Shown here piece after piece: positions 46,434-56,538 of a stretch of DNA of 64,000 nt. Origin of the DNA: Terriglobia bacterium (GTDB lineage Bacteria; Acidobacteriota; Terriglobia; 20CM-2-55-15). Below the pieces are notes generated by a model. That model searched no databases, was not told where the DNA came from, and saw nothing but the letters and a program-made list of their open reading frames with translations. The position numbers and the translations under genes were made by a program. The stretch's first letter is position 1. Every line of letters begins with the position of its first letter. The stretch covers positions 128,001 through 192,000 of the forward strand of contig CBDAOY010000005.1 of assembly GCA_965198225.1 (NCBI GenBank), written 5' to 3'.

Positions 46434-48026
46434 CTACCATCGAGCGAAATCTTCGCGATAATACCCCGCGAGAGTCGGCCGTTCCAAGGTATTGGGCTCG
46501 ACTTCGATCCGGGCCATGTCCGCATCAAAATCGAGCCTGGACAAGAACAGCTCCTTGTTCAGGTAACGGAGCCCGGGTATGAACTCAATGCTACGGGGAT
46601 CGATCGGCTCCTCTGACCCGAGATGAAAGCCCCACTCGCCGAAGGAAGGTACGTAGGCGTGAAAAGAGAGCACCTCGAAATCCGCTTCTTCCATCGATTC
46701 GCCGATACACCAGTAGGCCCGGCGCGCGTAGTAGGGGCTCGTCGCCTGGGTAAGCACCACTCCTCCGGGAGCCAGATGCCGTCGAATCAGCCGGTACGCT
46801 TCGACCGAGAACAGTTTTGAGATCGCCTCTTCTCGCGGATCCGGCAGGTCGATTATCACGACCGAATAGGGTTCGTGTTCCCTCTGCAGAAAAGTAAAGC
46901 CGTCCTCGTTAGTCACCCGCACCTGCGGGTGGCTCAGGGCGTTCCGGTTCAGGTCCGTAAAATAAAGATTACGCCTGGCCAGGGTCGTCATCGTCGGATC
47001 GAGGTCCACGAGCTCGATCTCTTCCACATCGGAATACCGGAGTATCTCACGAACAGCAAGACCGTCACCGCCGCCGATGACGAGAACTCGCGCTCGGTTC
47101 CGCGACAACGCCATTGCGGGGTGGACCAGCGCTTCGTGATACCGGTATTCGTCGACCGAGGAGAACTGCAGACGCCCGTTCAAAAAGAGTCGTGTCTCGT
47201 CCTTCCAACGCGTAACTACGATCTGCTGATACTCGGTCTGCCTGCTGAAAACCACCTGGCCTTCGTAGAGGGAATCTTCCCACCGCTCCATCAAGGGATC
47301 GGCTTGAATGGCGAACACGACCAATACACCGGAAACCAGGACGCCCTGAAGGAAGAGTCTTTCCCGGTCCCTGGCCGATAGCTGGGACCACACCGCCAGA
47401 AGAATGGCCGAACCGGCAAGAACGTTGAGGGCGCCGGCGACGAGTGATGTATAAAACGCTCCAAGAACCGGCAAACAGAAAAACGGGAAGAGAACAGCCG
47501 CGACTAAAGCACCGACGTAATCGAGGGAAAGCACATTCGACAGGATCGTCCTTAACGATCCGTGTCTTCTCAGGATCCGTGTCAGGAGGGGGATTTCCAG
47601 CCCGATCAAAGTGCCGATGATCAGGATGATGACGAGCATCAGGTACTGGTAGACGTCGGTGTAGGCGTAGGCGAGGTACAGCGCGGGGACTGTCAAACCA
47701 CCGAACAACCCGAGCCAGATTTCCAGTGCCACCAGCCGCCGGATCAATCTGCCATGAACGCCCCGCGACACCCACGAACCCAGGCCCATCGCGAAAAGAA
47801 AGAAGCCGATCGTCAGGGAGTATTGCTCGACGCTGTTCCCCAGGAAATACGAGGAGATACTTCCGACCAGCAGCTCGTAGACGATTCCGCACGCAGCTGC
47901 AACAAAAACCGATGCGAGTATCAGGAACAAGCCCAGCCTCGAGATCCTTACCTCGTCGGGCCCGATCTCCCTGCTCTCTACGTCGTCGGACGCGAGATCG
48001 TCGTCACGTGCATTACTGAAGCTCAT
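46434..48026 (-). CDS. speE: Membrane-fused polyamine aminopropyltransferase (spermidine synthase-like)
   Basis: N-terminal TM domain (GIVYELL, DYVGAL), then QFSSVDEYRYHEALVHP, VLVIGGGDG, LVDLDP, IDLPDP, VPSFGEWGF. Confidence 0.9.
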   Translation of the reverse strand: MSFSNARDDDLASDDVESREIGPDEVRISRLGLFLILASVFVAAACGIVYELLVGSISSYFLGNSVEQYSLTIGFFLFAMGLGSWVSRGVHGRLIRRLVALEIWLGLFGGLTVPALYLAYAYTDVYQYLMLVIILIIGTLIGLEIPLLTRILRRHGSLRTILSNVLSLDYVGALVAAVLFPFFCLPVLGAFYTSLVAGALNVLAGSAILLAVWSQLSARDRERLFLQGVLVSGVLVVFAIQADPLMERWEDSLYEGQVVFSRQTEYQQIVVTRWKDETRLFLNGRLQFSSVDEYRYHEALVHPAMALSRNRARVLVIGGGDGLAVREILRYSDVEEIELVDLDPTMTTLARRNLYFTDLNRNALSHPQVRVTNEDGFTFLQREHEPYSVVIIDLPDPREEAISKLFSVEAYRLIRRHLAPGGVVLTQATSPYYARRAYWCIGESMEEADFEVLSFHAYVPSFGEWGFHLGSEEPIDPRSIEFIPGLRYLNKELFLSRLDFDADMARIEVEPNTLERPTLAGYYREDFARW

Positions 48027-49720
48027 TGGACTGTGGCCGTCTCTCCGGACAGACCATTGATTGATGTTTCGAACGTCCTGCCAAGGCGCTCCAGGACCTG
48101 TTCGGCCGCCCGGATGCCTGAAAAACACGCTTCTTCGAACAGCGGCAGCCCAGTCGTGTCACAGGAGGCGAAATAAACGTTCCCGAAAGGCTCGCTCCGA
48201 ACGGCGCTTTCGCGTCCCCATATGAGGCCCGGGCTCGGTCGGATCATGGCGTGACCCCACCGATAGACGTCGATTCGACTGACGTTACGCTCCAGGTCCG
48301 GATGGGCCACAAGCAGATCCTGCATGATCACGTTCACCCAGTAAGCATGTTCTTCTTCCAGGAGCTTCTGGCGAGCGAGGTCGAGCTCCTCGACGAACGG
48401 GAGATAGTAAACCAGGACCGATGGATTGTCCTTGTAGACCTTTCGGGTTTGATGATCAGCGACAATGTAGCCCAGGGATCGGCTGCCGTAGAGTACGTTG
48501 TCCCACGCGATCGAGACTTCCGCGTTCTTGGGCAGCTCGCTCACGTGGACACTGGCGGTCAGCCAGGGGCTGTAGTCGCAGGATTCGATCGCTTCGACCT
48601 GAGGCCCGGGCAATCCATCGACCAGGAAAGGCGCCGTATGGAGCTTAGAGGCATAGATCACGGTGCGGGCCGAAAGACTGCGATAGGTCTCACTGGGGGT
48701 GTCGAAGTAACCGACCCGAACGCCGGGATCATCGTTGTCGATCCGGAGCACGGCGCATCCCAGCCGGCACTGCGAATCCGCCAGGTCTTTAGACAAGCGT
48801 TGGACGAGAAACCCGTTCCCCGCGGGCCATGTCAAGGTGTCGGAAGGGTACTCGTTCTGCAGCCGCCGGTCGTAGTATCGGCAGGCGAAATAGTGAATGC
48901 CGGCCCAGGCCGACACGGTCGCCATCGTGCCTCCGTAATCGTCCCTGCAAGCGTAATTGATCATCCAATCCAACCGCGGCGAATCCAATCCTTTGGAGCG
49001 GACGTAAGTTTCCATCGAAATGTCGTCGAGTTGACGAACCCGGGAGTCGGTGGTGCTGTAGCTGAGAGGGAGGACGAATGCGCGCCGGCCGTCGTAGCCG
49101 CGGTAAAGCGTCCAGGCCAGCATGTCGTCCTCGAAGGCAAGGATGGCTTCCCTTTCCTCGGTTGAGGCCCCGCTCAGCAGATCCCATTCGATCCACCTTC
49201 CGTCCATGAAGAGACGCTCCGCGGGCCATCGCAGGATATGCTGTTCGGGAATCCTCGGCCGTCCGTCCTCGTCGTAGCCTTCGATTATTCCGAGGTCGGA
49301 CAGGACTTCTTTGACGCAATCCGCTTCCGCGGGCGGAACATTGATGTAGTGTGCCGCCCAGGGGAATTCGGTGCCCTCTGCGCGCCCGGAGGCGGCGGTG
49401 CCTCCAAGCCAGGGCTCCAGTTCGAGCAGGATGAAGTCGTCCAGTCCGGCCTTCTTCAGCTTCCACGCGGCGCACAGCCCCGAAACGCCTCCTCCAACGA
49501 TGGCGACGTCGTAGGTGTGAGCTTCAGGGTCGGAAAACTGATCGCGGGCACGAGGTTCGCGAAGAAGATGCCCCACCTGCTGGTTTCCGCCCACGATTCT
49601 CCCCGGGACGTCGAAGGTCCTGGGAAGCGAAGTGCCTGAATTCCAGCACGAAGGGACGACCGCCAGAAGGCCGCTGGTCGCGGAGAGGCGAAGGAACTCC
49701 CGGCGTGTGAAGGACGACAT
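48023..49720 (-). CDS. Tat-exported FAD-dependent amine-oxidase-like protein
   Basis: TRREFLRL leader, IVGGGVSGL, CRDDYG..VSAWAGIHYF, WGHAMIRP, LFEEA. Confidence 0.88.
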   Translation of the reverse strand: MSSFTRREFLRLSATSGLLAVVPSCWNSGTSLPRTFDVPGRIVGGNQQVGHLLREPRARDQFSDPEAHTYDVAIVGGGVSGLCAAWKLKKAGLDDFILLELEPWLGGTAASGRAEGTEFPWAAHYINVPPAEADCVKEVLSDLGIIEGYDEDGRPRIPEQHILRWPAERLFMDGRWIEWDLLSGASTEEREAILAFEDDMLAWTLYRGYDGRRAFVLPLSYSTTDSRVRQLDDISMETYVRSKGLDSPRLDWMINYACRDDYGGTMATVSAWAGIHYFACRYYDRRLQNEYPSDTLTWPAGNGFLVQRLSKDLADSQCRLGCAVLRIDNDDPGVRVGYFDTPSETYRSLSARTVIYASKLHTAPFLVDGLPGPQVEAIESCDYSPWLTASVHVSELPKNAEVSIAWDNVLYGSRSLGYIVADHQTRKVYKDNPSVLVYYLPFVEELDLARQKLLEEEHAYWVNVIMQDLLVAHPDLERNVSRIDVYRWGHAMIRPSPGLIWGRESAVRSEPFGNVYFASCDTTGLPLFEEACFSGIRAAEQVLERLGRTFETSINGLSGETATVQ

Positions 49721-49812
49721 TCCTGGATGATATCCCGCCTGTTTGAATCTTGCTTCAAACAATTCCCGAAGCCACTTCACAGGGCTGCGTTCTGGGAGCA
49801 AAATACTTCGGT

Positions 49813-50967
49813 ATGCGCTCTCGCTGGATTGCATCGGCCTGTTTCGACCTCGGGCTCATCATCGGGCCGCCGGTCGCCGCCGTGGTTCTGGTGCTGGCTC
49901 TGCCGGCCATGCGGTCCCAGGAAACTCCGGTCTGGGGCTGGGTGCTGTTCGTTGTCTTCATAGACGTGGCGCATGTCTACGCATCGCTGTATCGGACCTA
50001 TTTTCAGCCTGACGAATTCGCCCGCAGGAGACTCTTCTACCTGGCGACACCTCTGGCGTGCTTTCTGGGAGGCGTCGCGCTCTACAGCCTCGGCGACCAG
50101 GTGTTCTGGAGGGTGCTTGCCTACGTCGCCGTCTTTCATTTCGTCCGTCAGCAGTATGGCTTCATGATGGTTTACCGCCACCGCGCGGGTGAGCACTCCC
50201 GGAGCGAAGCGCTGGTGGACAAGTGCGCTATCTACGCGACCATGGTCTACCCCCTGGTGTTTTGGCACCGGGATCCGTCATCGCGAAACTTTCAGTGGTT
50301 CGTCGAAGGGGATTTCATCCAGCTGCCAGATTGGATCGCAACCTGGGCCGTGGTGTTCTATACGGCATCACTGCTTTTCTTCGCGGCCCGCCAGGTACAG
50401 GTTTTCGCCCTCAGGGGCACCGTCAACTGGGGCAAGATCGGCATCGTGGGCTCCACCGCGGCTGTCTGGTATGTGGGTATCGCTTTCCTGAATTCCGATT
50501 TTGCGTTCACCGTGACGAACGTTGTCGCGCACGGAGTCCCGTACATGGCCCTGGTGTGGCTCTACGGTCGCCGTCGCTGGGCCGGCAACCCTTCCTGGCG
50601 TGGGACGATTCATCGTCCGGTAGGCGTCGGTTTGTTCGTCGGCCTCCTGCTCGCGCTCGCCTACGCGGAGGAGGGCCTGTGGGAGCTCTTCGTCTGGCAG
50701 GAGCACGCCGAAGTTTTCCTGGGAATGGCCTTGAATTTCGAAGTGCCTTCCATGGCTCTGACCATACTCGTGCCCCTGCTCACCGTTCCGCAGGCGACAC
50801 ACTACATCCTCGACGCCAAGATCTGGAAGTTTGACGGTTCGAATCCGAACCTCCGTTACTATCTTTTCCTCGAGGGCGAGGCGCCCAAGCAGCCCGTGGC
50901 AGAACTCTGCAGGGTCGCACGCAGGGGTCTTCGGGTTGCAGGCGCGAAGCGAGGAGCGGAGCGATGA
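49813..50967 (+). CDS. Polytopic membrane protein with conserved His motifs; C-terminus runs into MITE-C
   Basis: DVAHVYASLYRTY, FHFVRQQYG, AHGVPY, THYILDAKIW. Confidence 0.82.
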   Translation: MRSRWIASACFDLGLIIGPPVAAVVLVLALPAMRSQETPVWGWVLFVVFIDVAHVYASLYRTYFQPDEFARRRLFYLATPLACFLGGVALYSLGDQVFWRVLAYVAVFHFVRQQYGFMMVYRHRAGEHSRSEALVDKCAIYATMVYPLVFWHRDPSSRNFQWFVEGDFIQLPDWIATWAVVFYTASLLFFAARQVQVFALRGTVNWGKIGIVGSTAAVWYVGIAFLNSDFAFTVTNVVAHGVPYMALVWLYGRRRWAGNPSWRGTIHRPVGVGLFVGLLLALAYAEEGLWELFVWQEHAEVFLGMALNFEVPSMALTILVPLLTVPQATHYILDAKIWKFDGSNPNLRYYLFLEGEAPKQPVAELCRVARRGLRVAGAKRGAER

Positions 50968-51162
50968 TCATTCATCGTGACCGACGAGCGACGAAGCCTG
51001 CGGCCCGACCCCCCCTGCGCCCTTCGGGTTACGGCGAAACGGGGCCGTCTCCGTTGTCGCCGACTCCTCCCAATGAATGAGCATTGTTTCGTCCTCGCCT
51101 CCTAGAATCCGGCCCCGTTTGGCCGTAACGCGGCCCTGTAGAGTTCTGCCACGGGCTGCTAG
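50886..51162. mobile_element. MITE-C, ~275 bp
   Basis: TIR agcagcccgtggcagaactctgcagggtcgc / gcggccctgtagagttctgccacgggctgct(ag); core homologous to MITE-A. Confidence 0.85.
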
Positions 51163-51326
51163 GCGGGCTCGGAGTCGGCGGCCGGGAGTCGATAGGCGAG
51201 CCAAACTCGCCGGGCGAGATTCGGTCGGGAGTCTTCCGGGCGACAACGGTGTCGATCAGCTGATCTGGGTACACTAACCTTGCTGGTGCCCGGCGAATCC
51301 GCTCTCAGTCTGAGAAGGCTGGTAGC

Positions 51327-52028
51327 TCAGATGCCCATTTTCTTCTTGAGCTCCGCCAGCGAGTCGCTGGTCTCGGTCGAGCCGGGCGCTGCAAGGGTTC
51401 TGTCTATCTCCTCGTCCAGGGTTACGCTCGCGTCCGTCATTTCCCCGTAGGCTTCGGCAAGCGACTCCTCCTCCATGACTTTGTCCTTCATCTTTTCCAG
51501 CATCGCGATCGTACCGGTGGAGTCGGCGTTCGACATCTGCTGGTTGATTTTCCGCATCGAACTGGCGGTCCTGGCGCGTGCTCTCAAGGTGACCAGTTCG
51601 GTCTCGTAGCGGCTGATCGTTTCCTTCAGCGTCTGTACCTTTGCCTGAAGCTGATCCCCCATGCCTTTCTGCTGCTCGTGATCCTTCTTCAACGTGCCTG
51701 CGCGTTGAAGAGCCTCTTCCTTCTTGTGCAAAGCCTCGGTCGCCAGACGTTCCGCTTCAGCTTCCTGCAGATCCCCGCTTTTCATTTTCTGGAGAAGAAG
51801 CATCGCTTTTCTCTCGTAATCTTTCCCGAGTTTTTTCTGGTCGTCCGAGTCTTTCTTGAGACGAATCGCGATCGCTTTGACCTGCGCCAGACTCTGCATG
51901 GCACCCTGCAGGTCTTTCTTCAGGTCGCGAATTCCCTGCTCGGTCAGCTTGATCGGGTCCTCGAGCTTATCCACCACAGAATGGGCCTGGGACTGCACGT
52001 TCTTGAAAATTCTTTGAAAAAAACTCAT
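51327..52028 (-). CDS. PspA/IM30 (bacterial ESCRT-III) family protein
   Basis: MSFFQRI..KLEDP.KLTEQGIRDL, long coiled coil, LAELKKKMG end. Confidence 0.92.
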   Translation of the reverse strand: MSFFQRIFKNVQSQAHSVVDKLEDPIKLTEQGIRDLKKDLQGAMQSLAQVKAIAIRLKKDSDDQKKLGKDYERKAMLLLQKMKSGDLQEAEAERLATEALHKKEEALQRAGTLKKDHEQQKGMGDQLQAKVQTLKETISRYETELVTLRARARTASSMRKINQQMSNADSTGTIAMLEKMKDKVMEEESLAEAYGEMTDASVTLDEEIDRTLAAPGSTETSDSLAELKKKMGI

Positions 52029-52046
52029 TTGTCAGCTCCCCTCCAG

Positions 52047-52445
52047 CTATCGGTGACTGAATTCCACCAACTCTGCGCCGTTTTCGGCCAGGGCAAGCTC
52101 CAGCGCCCGAATGGAGCCTTCCAATTCGTTACGATCCAGGTTTTCCAGTTGCAAAGTGTCGCGGAAAAGTACCCGGCGACCTTCCTCGTCGTCGAGGACA
52201 AACGCTCCATGGACCATCGTTCGGTTCATCTGAAGGAGGCGTTTGAAGAAATCTCCAGCATCATTGGGGACATCCATGATGAGCTGTTCGAGGATGACGA
52301 TCGGTGGCTCGCAGTCAATGATGAGGTTTCGAATTCCATTCTCCTCATCCTCCACGACGACCAATTCCTCGGCCTCATCCTCGCTGACGATCTTCAGATC
52401 GATATCGAGCAGATAGCCCTTGACCAGATCTAGGTTCTCGGACAT
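52047..52445 (-). CDS. YbjN/CesT-like (T3SS chaperone fold) protein
   Basis: Acidic 132 aa; RLLQMNRTMVHGAFVLD..LFRDTLQLENLD.NEL. Confidence 0.75.
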   Translation of the reverse strand: MSENLDLVKGYLLDIDLKIVSEDEAEELVVVEDEENGIRNLIIDCEPPIVILEQLIMDVPNDAGDFFKRLLQMNRTMVHGAFVLDDEEGRRVLFRDTLQLENLDRNELEGSIRALELALAENGAELVEFSHR

Positions 52446-52447
52446 GT

Positions 52448-52834
52448 TTACTTCTCCTGTCTGTTTGTCTCGCTCTCCAGCCGCTTCCGCAGCTGTTCGT
52501 AGGCACCGTTCAACCGTTGCGCCAGTTCATCAGCGATTTTTCGTTTCTCGGGATCCTTCGAATGCAGATCCGGGTGATACTTCCGCAACTGCCGTTTCCA
52601 TGCCTTCCGAACGGTGGCAAGGTCGGAACCATAGGGCACCTCCAGGTTGGAATACAGCTCGGCCAGCTCTGGATCGACGCCACTGGCGGCAGCGGCCTGT
52701 CGGCCACCGCGGGCCGACCCGCGGGCCCGAGCTTGACTCTGGCGCCCACGCGCCCGTTCGACGCGAACCCGTCCGCTCGAGTCAGCGCGGATCTGGGCTC
52801 GAATGAGGCGGATCACGCGTGTCACCAGGTCCAA
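52448..52834 (-). CDS. Small protein with a C-terminal DnaJ domain
   Basis: YSNLEV..VRKAWK..KYHPD..LNGAYEQL. Confidence 0.88.
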   Translation of the reverse strand: MDLVTRVIRLIRAQIRADSSGRVRVERARGRQSQARARGSARGGRQAAAASGVDPELAELYSNLEVPYGSDLATVRKAWKRQLRKYHPDLHSKDPEKRKIADELAQRLNGAYEQLRKRLESETNRQEK

Positions 52835-53086
52835 CGGTTCAGCTCCTTAGAAAACAGGTTCTCCACGACGACCTTCGGTACTGAATAGAATGATAACTCA
52901 AGATTCGACAGCGATCCCATTCGTCCGAGTCTCTCTACGATTATCGCTTGTGTATTCGGCAACTCGTTGACCTCAACCCCCTCCTCTCTTAATATTTACG
53001 CGAGTTTCCCAGAACCTGGCGAACGAACGCCTCTTGGCGGTATTGGCAAGCGCGGCGTCCGTCAGGGAAGGAATGACTCGATAACC

Positions 53087-54145
53087 ATGCTCAGGCTGCT
53101 CATGGAATTCTTCCGGCGCTTCAGGCCGGAGAGACACGGCGAAATCCTTCGGGTAATCCTCTTGTTTTTCGCCCTGATCGTCCTGGGAGCGGTTGGTTTC
53201 AAGCATTTTGAGAGTGCCGTCAAACCCGAACTGTCTTGGGGCGATGCCATTTGGTGGTCGATCGTTACGATGACCACTGTGGGGTACGGTGACTATTTTC
53301 CCACCACCGCCTACGGTCGCTACCTGGTGGCCATGCCAGTGATGCTTGTCGGCATCGGCATCCTTGGCTACCTACTGTCGGTGATGGCAACTGCGTTGAT
53401 TGAGTCGCGGTCAAAGGAGTTGAAAGGCATGACAGACCTCCGCGTCGAATCCCATGTACTCGTGGTCCATTTTCAGAGCCACGGCCGGAACCTGGAGATT
53501 GTCAAGGAACTGCGAGAGGACTCTAAAACGAAGGACCTTGCAATAGTGCTGGTCGACGAGCACCTCGACGAGCTGCCGGTCGAATTTCGGCAACTGGGTG
53601 TCCGTTTTGTGAGAGGCAACCCATCGAAGGAAAGCGTCCTGCGGCGCGCATGCGTGGACAAGGCACGTTATGCCATCGTCCTTGCCTCCGAGGTCAACAA
53701 CGTGCGCGCCGATGACCATACGCTAGCCGCTGCGCTCACCATCGAATCGATCCATTCCAATGTCTTCACGGTCGCCGAATGTGTCGATCCTGAGCGTGTA
53801 GAGCTGATGCGCCGATCGGGATGTAACAGCGTGGTCTGCGTGGCCGGTCTTGCATCTTCCTTCCTGGTTCAGGAGGTTTCCGATCCTGGCACGCAGGCGG
53901 TCGTCAACGAACTGATGTCAAACAGATTTGGTCAACACGTCTACATCGCACCTGTCGAACAAATGCAAACCTGGGACTTTTCCGAGCTGCAGGCACATCT
54001 TTCACGACAAGGGTACCTTGTATTAGGGGTACAACGCGGCGACGAGGCACGGCTCAACCCAGGTAACGCTTACAAGATCGAAGCGAGCGATCACGTTATC
54101 TGCATGGGGCCAGGCAGACCCGCGCCGGTTCGGATCTCAGCCTAA
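53087..54145 (+). CDS. Two-TM potassium channel with an RCK/TrkA domain
   Basis: WWSIVTMTTVGYGD selectivity filter; VRGNP..LRRA. Confidence 0.92.
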   Translation: MLRLLMEFFRRFRPERHGEILRVILLFFALIVLGAVGFKHFESAVKPELSWGDAIWWSIVTMTTVGYGDYFPTTAYGRYLVAMPVMLVGIGILGYLLSVMATALIESRSKELKGMTDLRVESHVLVVHFQSHGRNLEIVKELREDSKTKDLAIVLVDEHLDELPVEFRQLGVRFVRGNPSKESVLRRACVDKARYAIVLASEVNNVRADDHTLAAALTIESIHSNVFTVAECVDPERVELMRRSGCNSVVCVAGLASSFLVQEVSDPGTQAVVNELMSNRFGQHVYIAPVEQMQTWDFSELQAHLSRQGYLVLGVQRGDEARLNPGNAYKIEASDHVICMGPGRPAPVRISA

Positions 54146-54883
54146 GATCGGTGACTGCGCCTTAGAATGTTTCCAGAACGCGGATAGGCCTAAGACCAGA
54201 ACGCCCACTGAGATCCCTCCGCACACGAAACCCCAGAACCAATACGGCAAGATTAGTAGGTCTGCGAGCTGCGCAACGTCTGAAGGCATCGCTCCGGCGC
54301 TGGTCATCGCGATCTCGGTGAACAGATAGTCCGCGCGCGCGAAAACGCTGAGTGCCATTTGTACCGCTAGGAGCGCGGCAGTAAACTGAGCGAGTCCGGT
54401 ACCAAAGCGCATACCCACATACAGCAGGCTTCCGCCCACTGCCCCGACGAAGACAAGGCCAAAGACGTTGCGAATGAGCAAGACGCAGGCAGCAAGCATT
54501 AACGTTCCGAATACCATGAGTGCGATCTGTGCAAGGCGTGCGCGGGCCGACAACCAAAACAGCAAGGCCCCCGCCACTGCTGGCCCCGTGAGCCCGCCCG
54601 CCGCTGTGGCTGCTCGGCTTAATCGGCCGGCACGGCCACCTATGATGGCCACCCCAGACCCGTCAGCGTAGAGGCTGAAAGAGTTGAACTCGAGGCCGAC
54701 CAACATCGCAGTCAGTCCGTGGCCCAATTCGTGGGCAAGAGTTGATAAAAGAAGGATCGGATAACCAACAATTCCACCATAGGGGAGGAAGGGCACCAAG
54801 ACGCAGACGGCTGTTGCTCCGGCTAACGCAGTTCTCGCACGCGCTCCTTCTGCGTCTCGAAGGTGTACATGGTCTCGCAACAT
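54137..54883 (-). CDS. M50B-like membrane metallopeptidase
   Basis: HELGH, DGSG, AGGLTGP, SDV. Confidence 0.85.
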   Translation of the reverse strand: MLRDHVHLRDAEGARARTALAGATAVCVLVPFLPYGGIVGYPILLLSTLAHELGHGLTAMLVGLEFNSFSLYADGSGVAIIGGRAGRLSRAATAAGGLTGPAVAGALLFWLSARARLAQIALMVFGTLMLAACVLLIRNVFGLVFVGAVGGSLLYVGMRFGTGLAQFTAALLAVQMALSVFARADYLFTEIAMTSAGAMPSDVAQLADLLILPYWFWGFVCGGISVGVLVLGLSAFWKHSKAQSPILG

Positions 54884-55189
54884 GGTGGGAGGCTCGCGAA
54901 TCTCCTAGGATTTCGTGGCTACCGAGTCGAGTGCAGAAATGCAGACTCGTAATGGTCAATCAAGTGACTTGATGCAGCTAAGTCTTCCATAGCTGTCAGA
55001 CGCTTTATAGTCAGCGGATGGCGTCAAAAGATCTCAACGGTCGTAGCACCTCGCGCATAAAAGGGTACCGTCACCAAGTTTGGGGAAACCGGCTAAATAG
55101 TATGACAGGAAGGGTTTGGGGTCAACGAAGTCGCCGGTTTGACAGGGTCAGGGAGTGATGCTCACCCGGTGGTGGATCGCGGCGGTGAG

Positions 55190-55846
55190 TCAGTTCCGTA
55201 GTTCGTGGCTCAGAGCCCGGATCACAAAAAGATCTACCCGCACGTCGTGTTGCAGTTCGAGGTCGAGAACGTCGCCGGTGGTGAGTTGTACGATTCGAGG
55301 AACCAAACGGTTGACTGTCCACGCCAGGCGCCGCAGTCGCGTTTCCACTCTTTCTGCAGGAAGCGGGCCAACCTCGATCTCAGGCGCATCCGAACCGCTG
55401 TCGATGAACTTCAACAACTTCTCGGTCGCCTTCTCCAGGTCCTTCGACAGGCGCTCCAGCTCTTGCTTCGCCCAACGCTCTGACATGGGAGCGAAACGGA
55501 GCGCATGGAGCTCGGCGGCCTGCCGGTGGAACTTTTCGACATCTTTCTGGAATCCGTCCAGCCGCAGTGCCCGGTAGTAGTTTTCGCGGGCCTCGGCGCG
55601 TGCCCGACCTTCGGGGGAGACGCTTTCAAGCCAGAGCTTCAGGTCACGATCGCGTTCCTCGCGAAGTCTCCGTTCCCGTTCTGCCACTGCGCGCTCCGCC
55701 TCCCGCCGCCGTGCTTCCTCCCTCTCCTCCATCGCTTCTGCTTCGGCGCGCTCCTTTTCCGTCCGCTGAGTTTGCTGGGCAAAGGAGGCCGGGGCACTCA
55801 AGAAAAACAACGCGACGAGTATCGATGAAATAACGGCGGTCTTCAT
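55190..55846 (-). CDS. Exported helical hypothetical protein
   Basis: Signal peptide MKTAVISS..ASFA; charged helices. Confidence 0.65.
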   Translation of the reverse strand: MKTAVISSILVALFFLSAPASFAQQTQRTEKERAEAEAMEEREEARRREAERAVAERERRLREERDRDLKLWLESVSPEGRARAEARENYYRALRLDGFQKDVEKFHRQAAELHALRFAPMSERWAKQELERLSKDLEKATEKLLKFIDSGSDAPEIEVGPLPAERVETRLRRLAWTVNRLVPRIVQLTTGDVLDLELQHDVRVDLFVIRALSHELRN

Positions 55847-55989
55847 GGCGGGACGCCTCAACCCTATGCTGCGGCAGTATTGGCCAATCATCAAGAAAAA
55901 AGGGAGCAGGATAAAGCCGATACTCGTGTCCTCAAACGCGTAAAGGTTGCTCGCCGGTGATCGGATCACGGATTGATGTTACGTGGCGG

Positions 55990-56468
55990 TCAAGGAAGGG
56001 CTGAGGAGGAATGGAGATGGGGACCTCTACCTGCGCCCTGAGGAACGCAATTCCAGCAAGGGTGTCGGTGGCCAGGTCCTCGAAGCTTGCGGTGTGCCAG
56101 TTTCCTTCAGACTGTTCAGAGCCCCGCTTGTCGGGAAGGAGAACCGCTATCCCGCCCTGCTGCAGGTGTTGAGTCAACGTCAGATACCAGGCGCTGTCTC
56201 TTTGGCTCGTTCCGGATCCGTGAATGATGACGGCGGCCGGGAACGGGCCATCACCGTCGGGCAGAAACAGCATGCCGGAAAGATCGAGATCCTGCTCGGC
56301 GTTCCAGAATCGAACTTCCCGGAAGGTCGTATCGGCCAGCCGGACGCCCTCGAACCTTCGGGACTCCGAGCCGGTGAATGGAGCGATCAGAATGGGAACG
56401 ACGAGCAGACCCGCAAGGACTACCAGGGTGCCGTATGCCGCGTATCTCTTCATGGCGTGAATCGCCAT
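55990..56468 (-). pseudogene. C-terminally truncated alpha/beta hydrolase
   Basis: IIHGSG, PDKRGS..G, FEDLATD; ends before the GxSxG motif. Confidence 0.7.
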
Positions 56469-56538
56469 CGCAACTTCCGGCGCGCCACGGAAAAGCTTAG
56501 AGGACGACTCAGAGCTGACTGACCACGGAGTCTGTCCG

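Noticed and set aside
55060-55160. Possible isolated IS end (gggtaccgtcaccaagtttgggg)
   Set aside because: No partner inverted repeat or transposase was seen.
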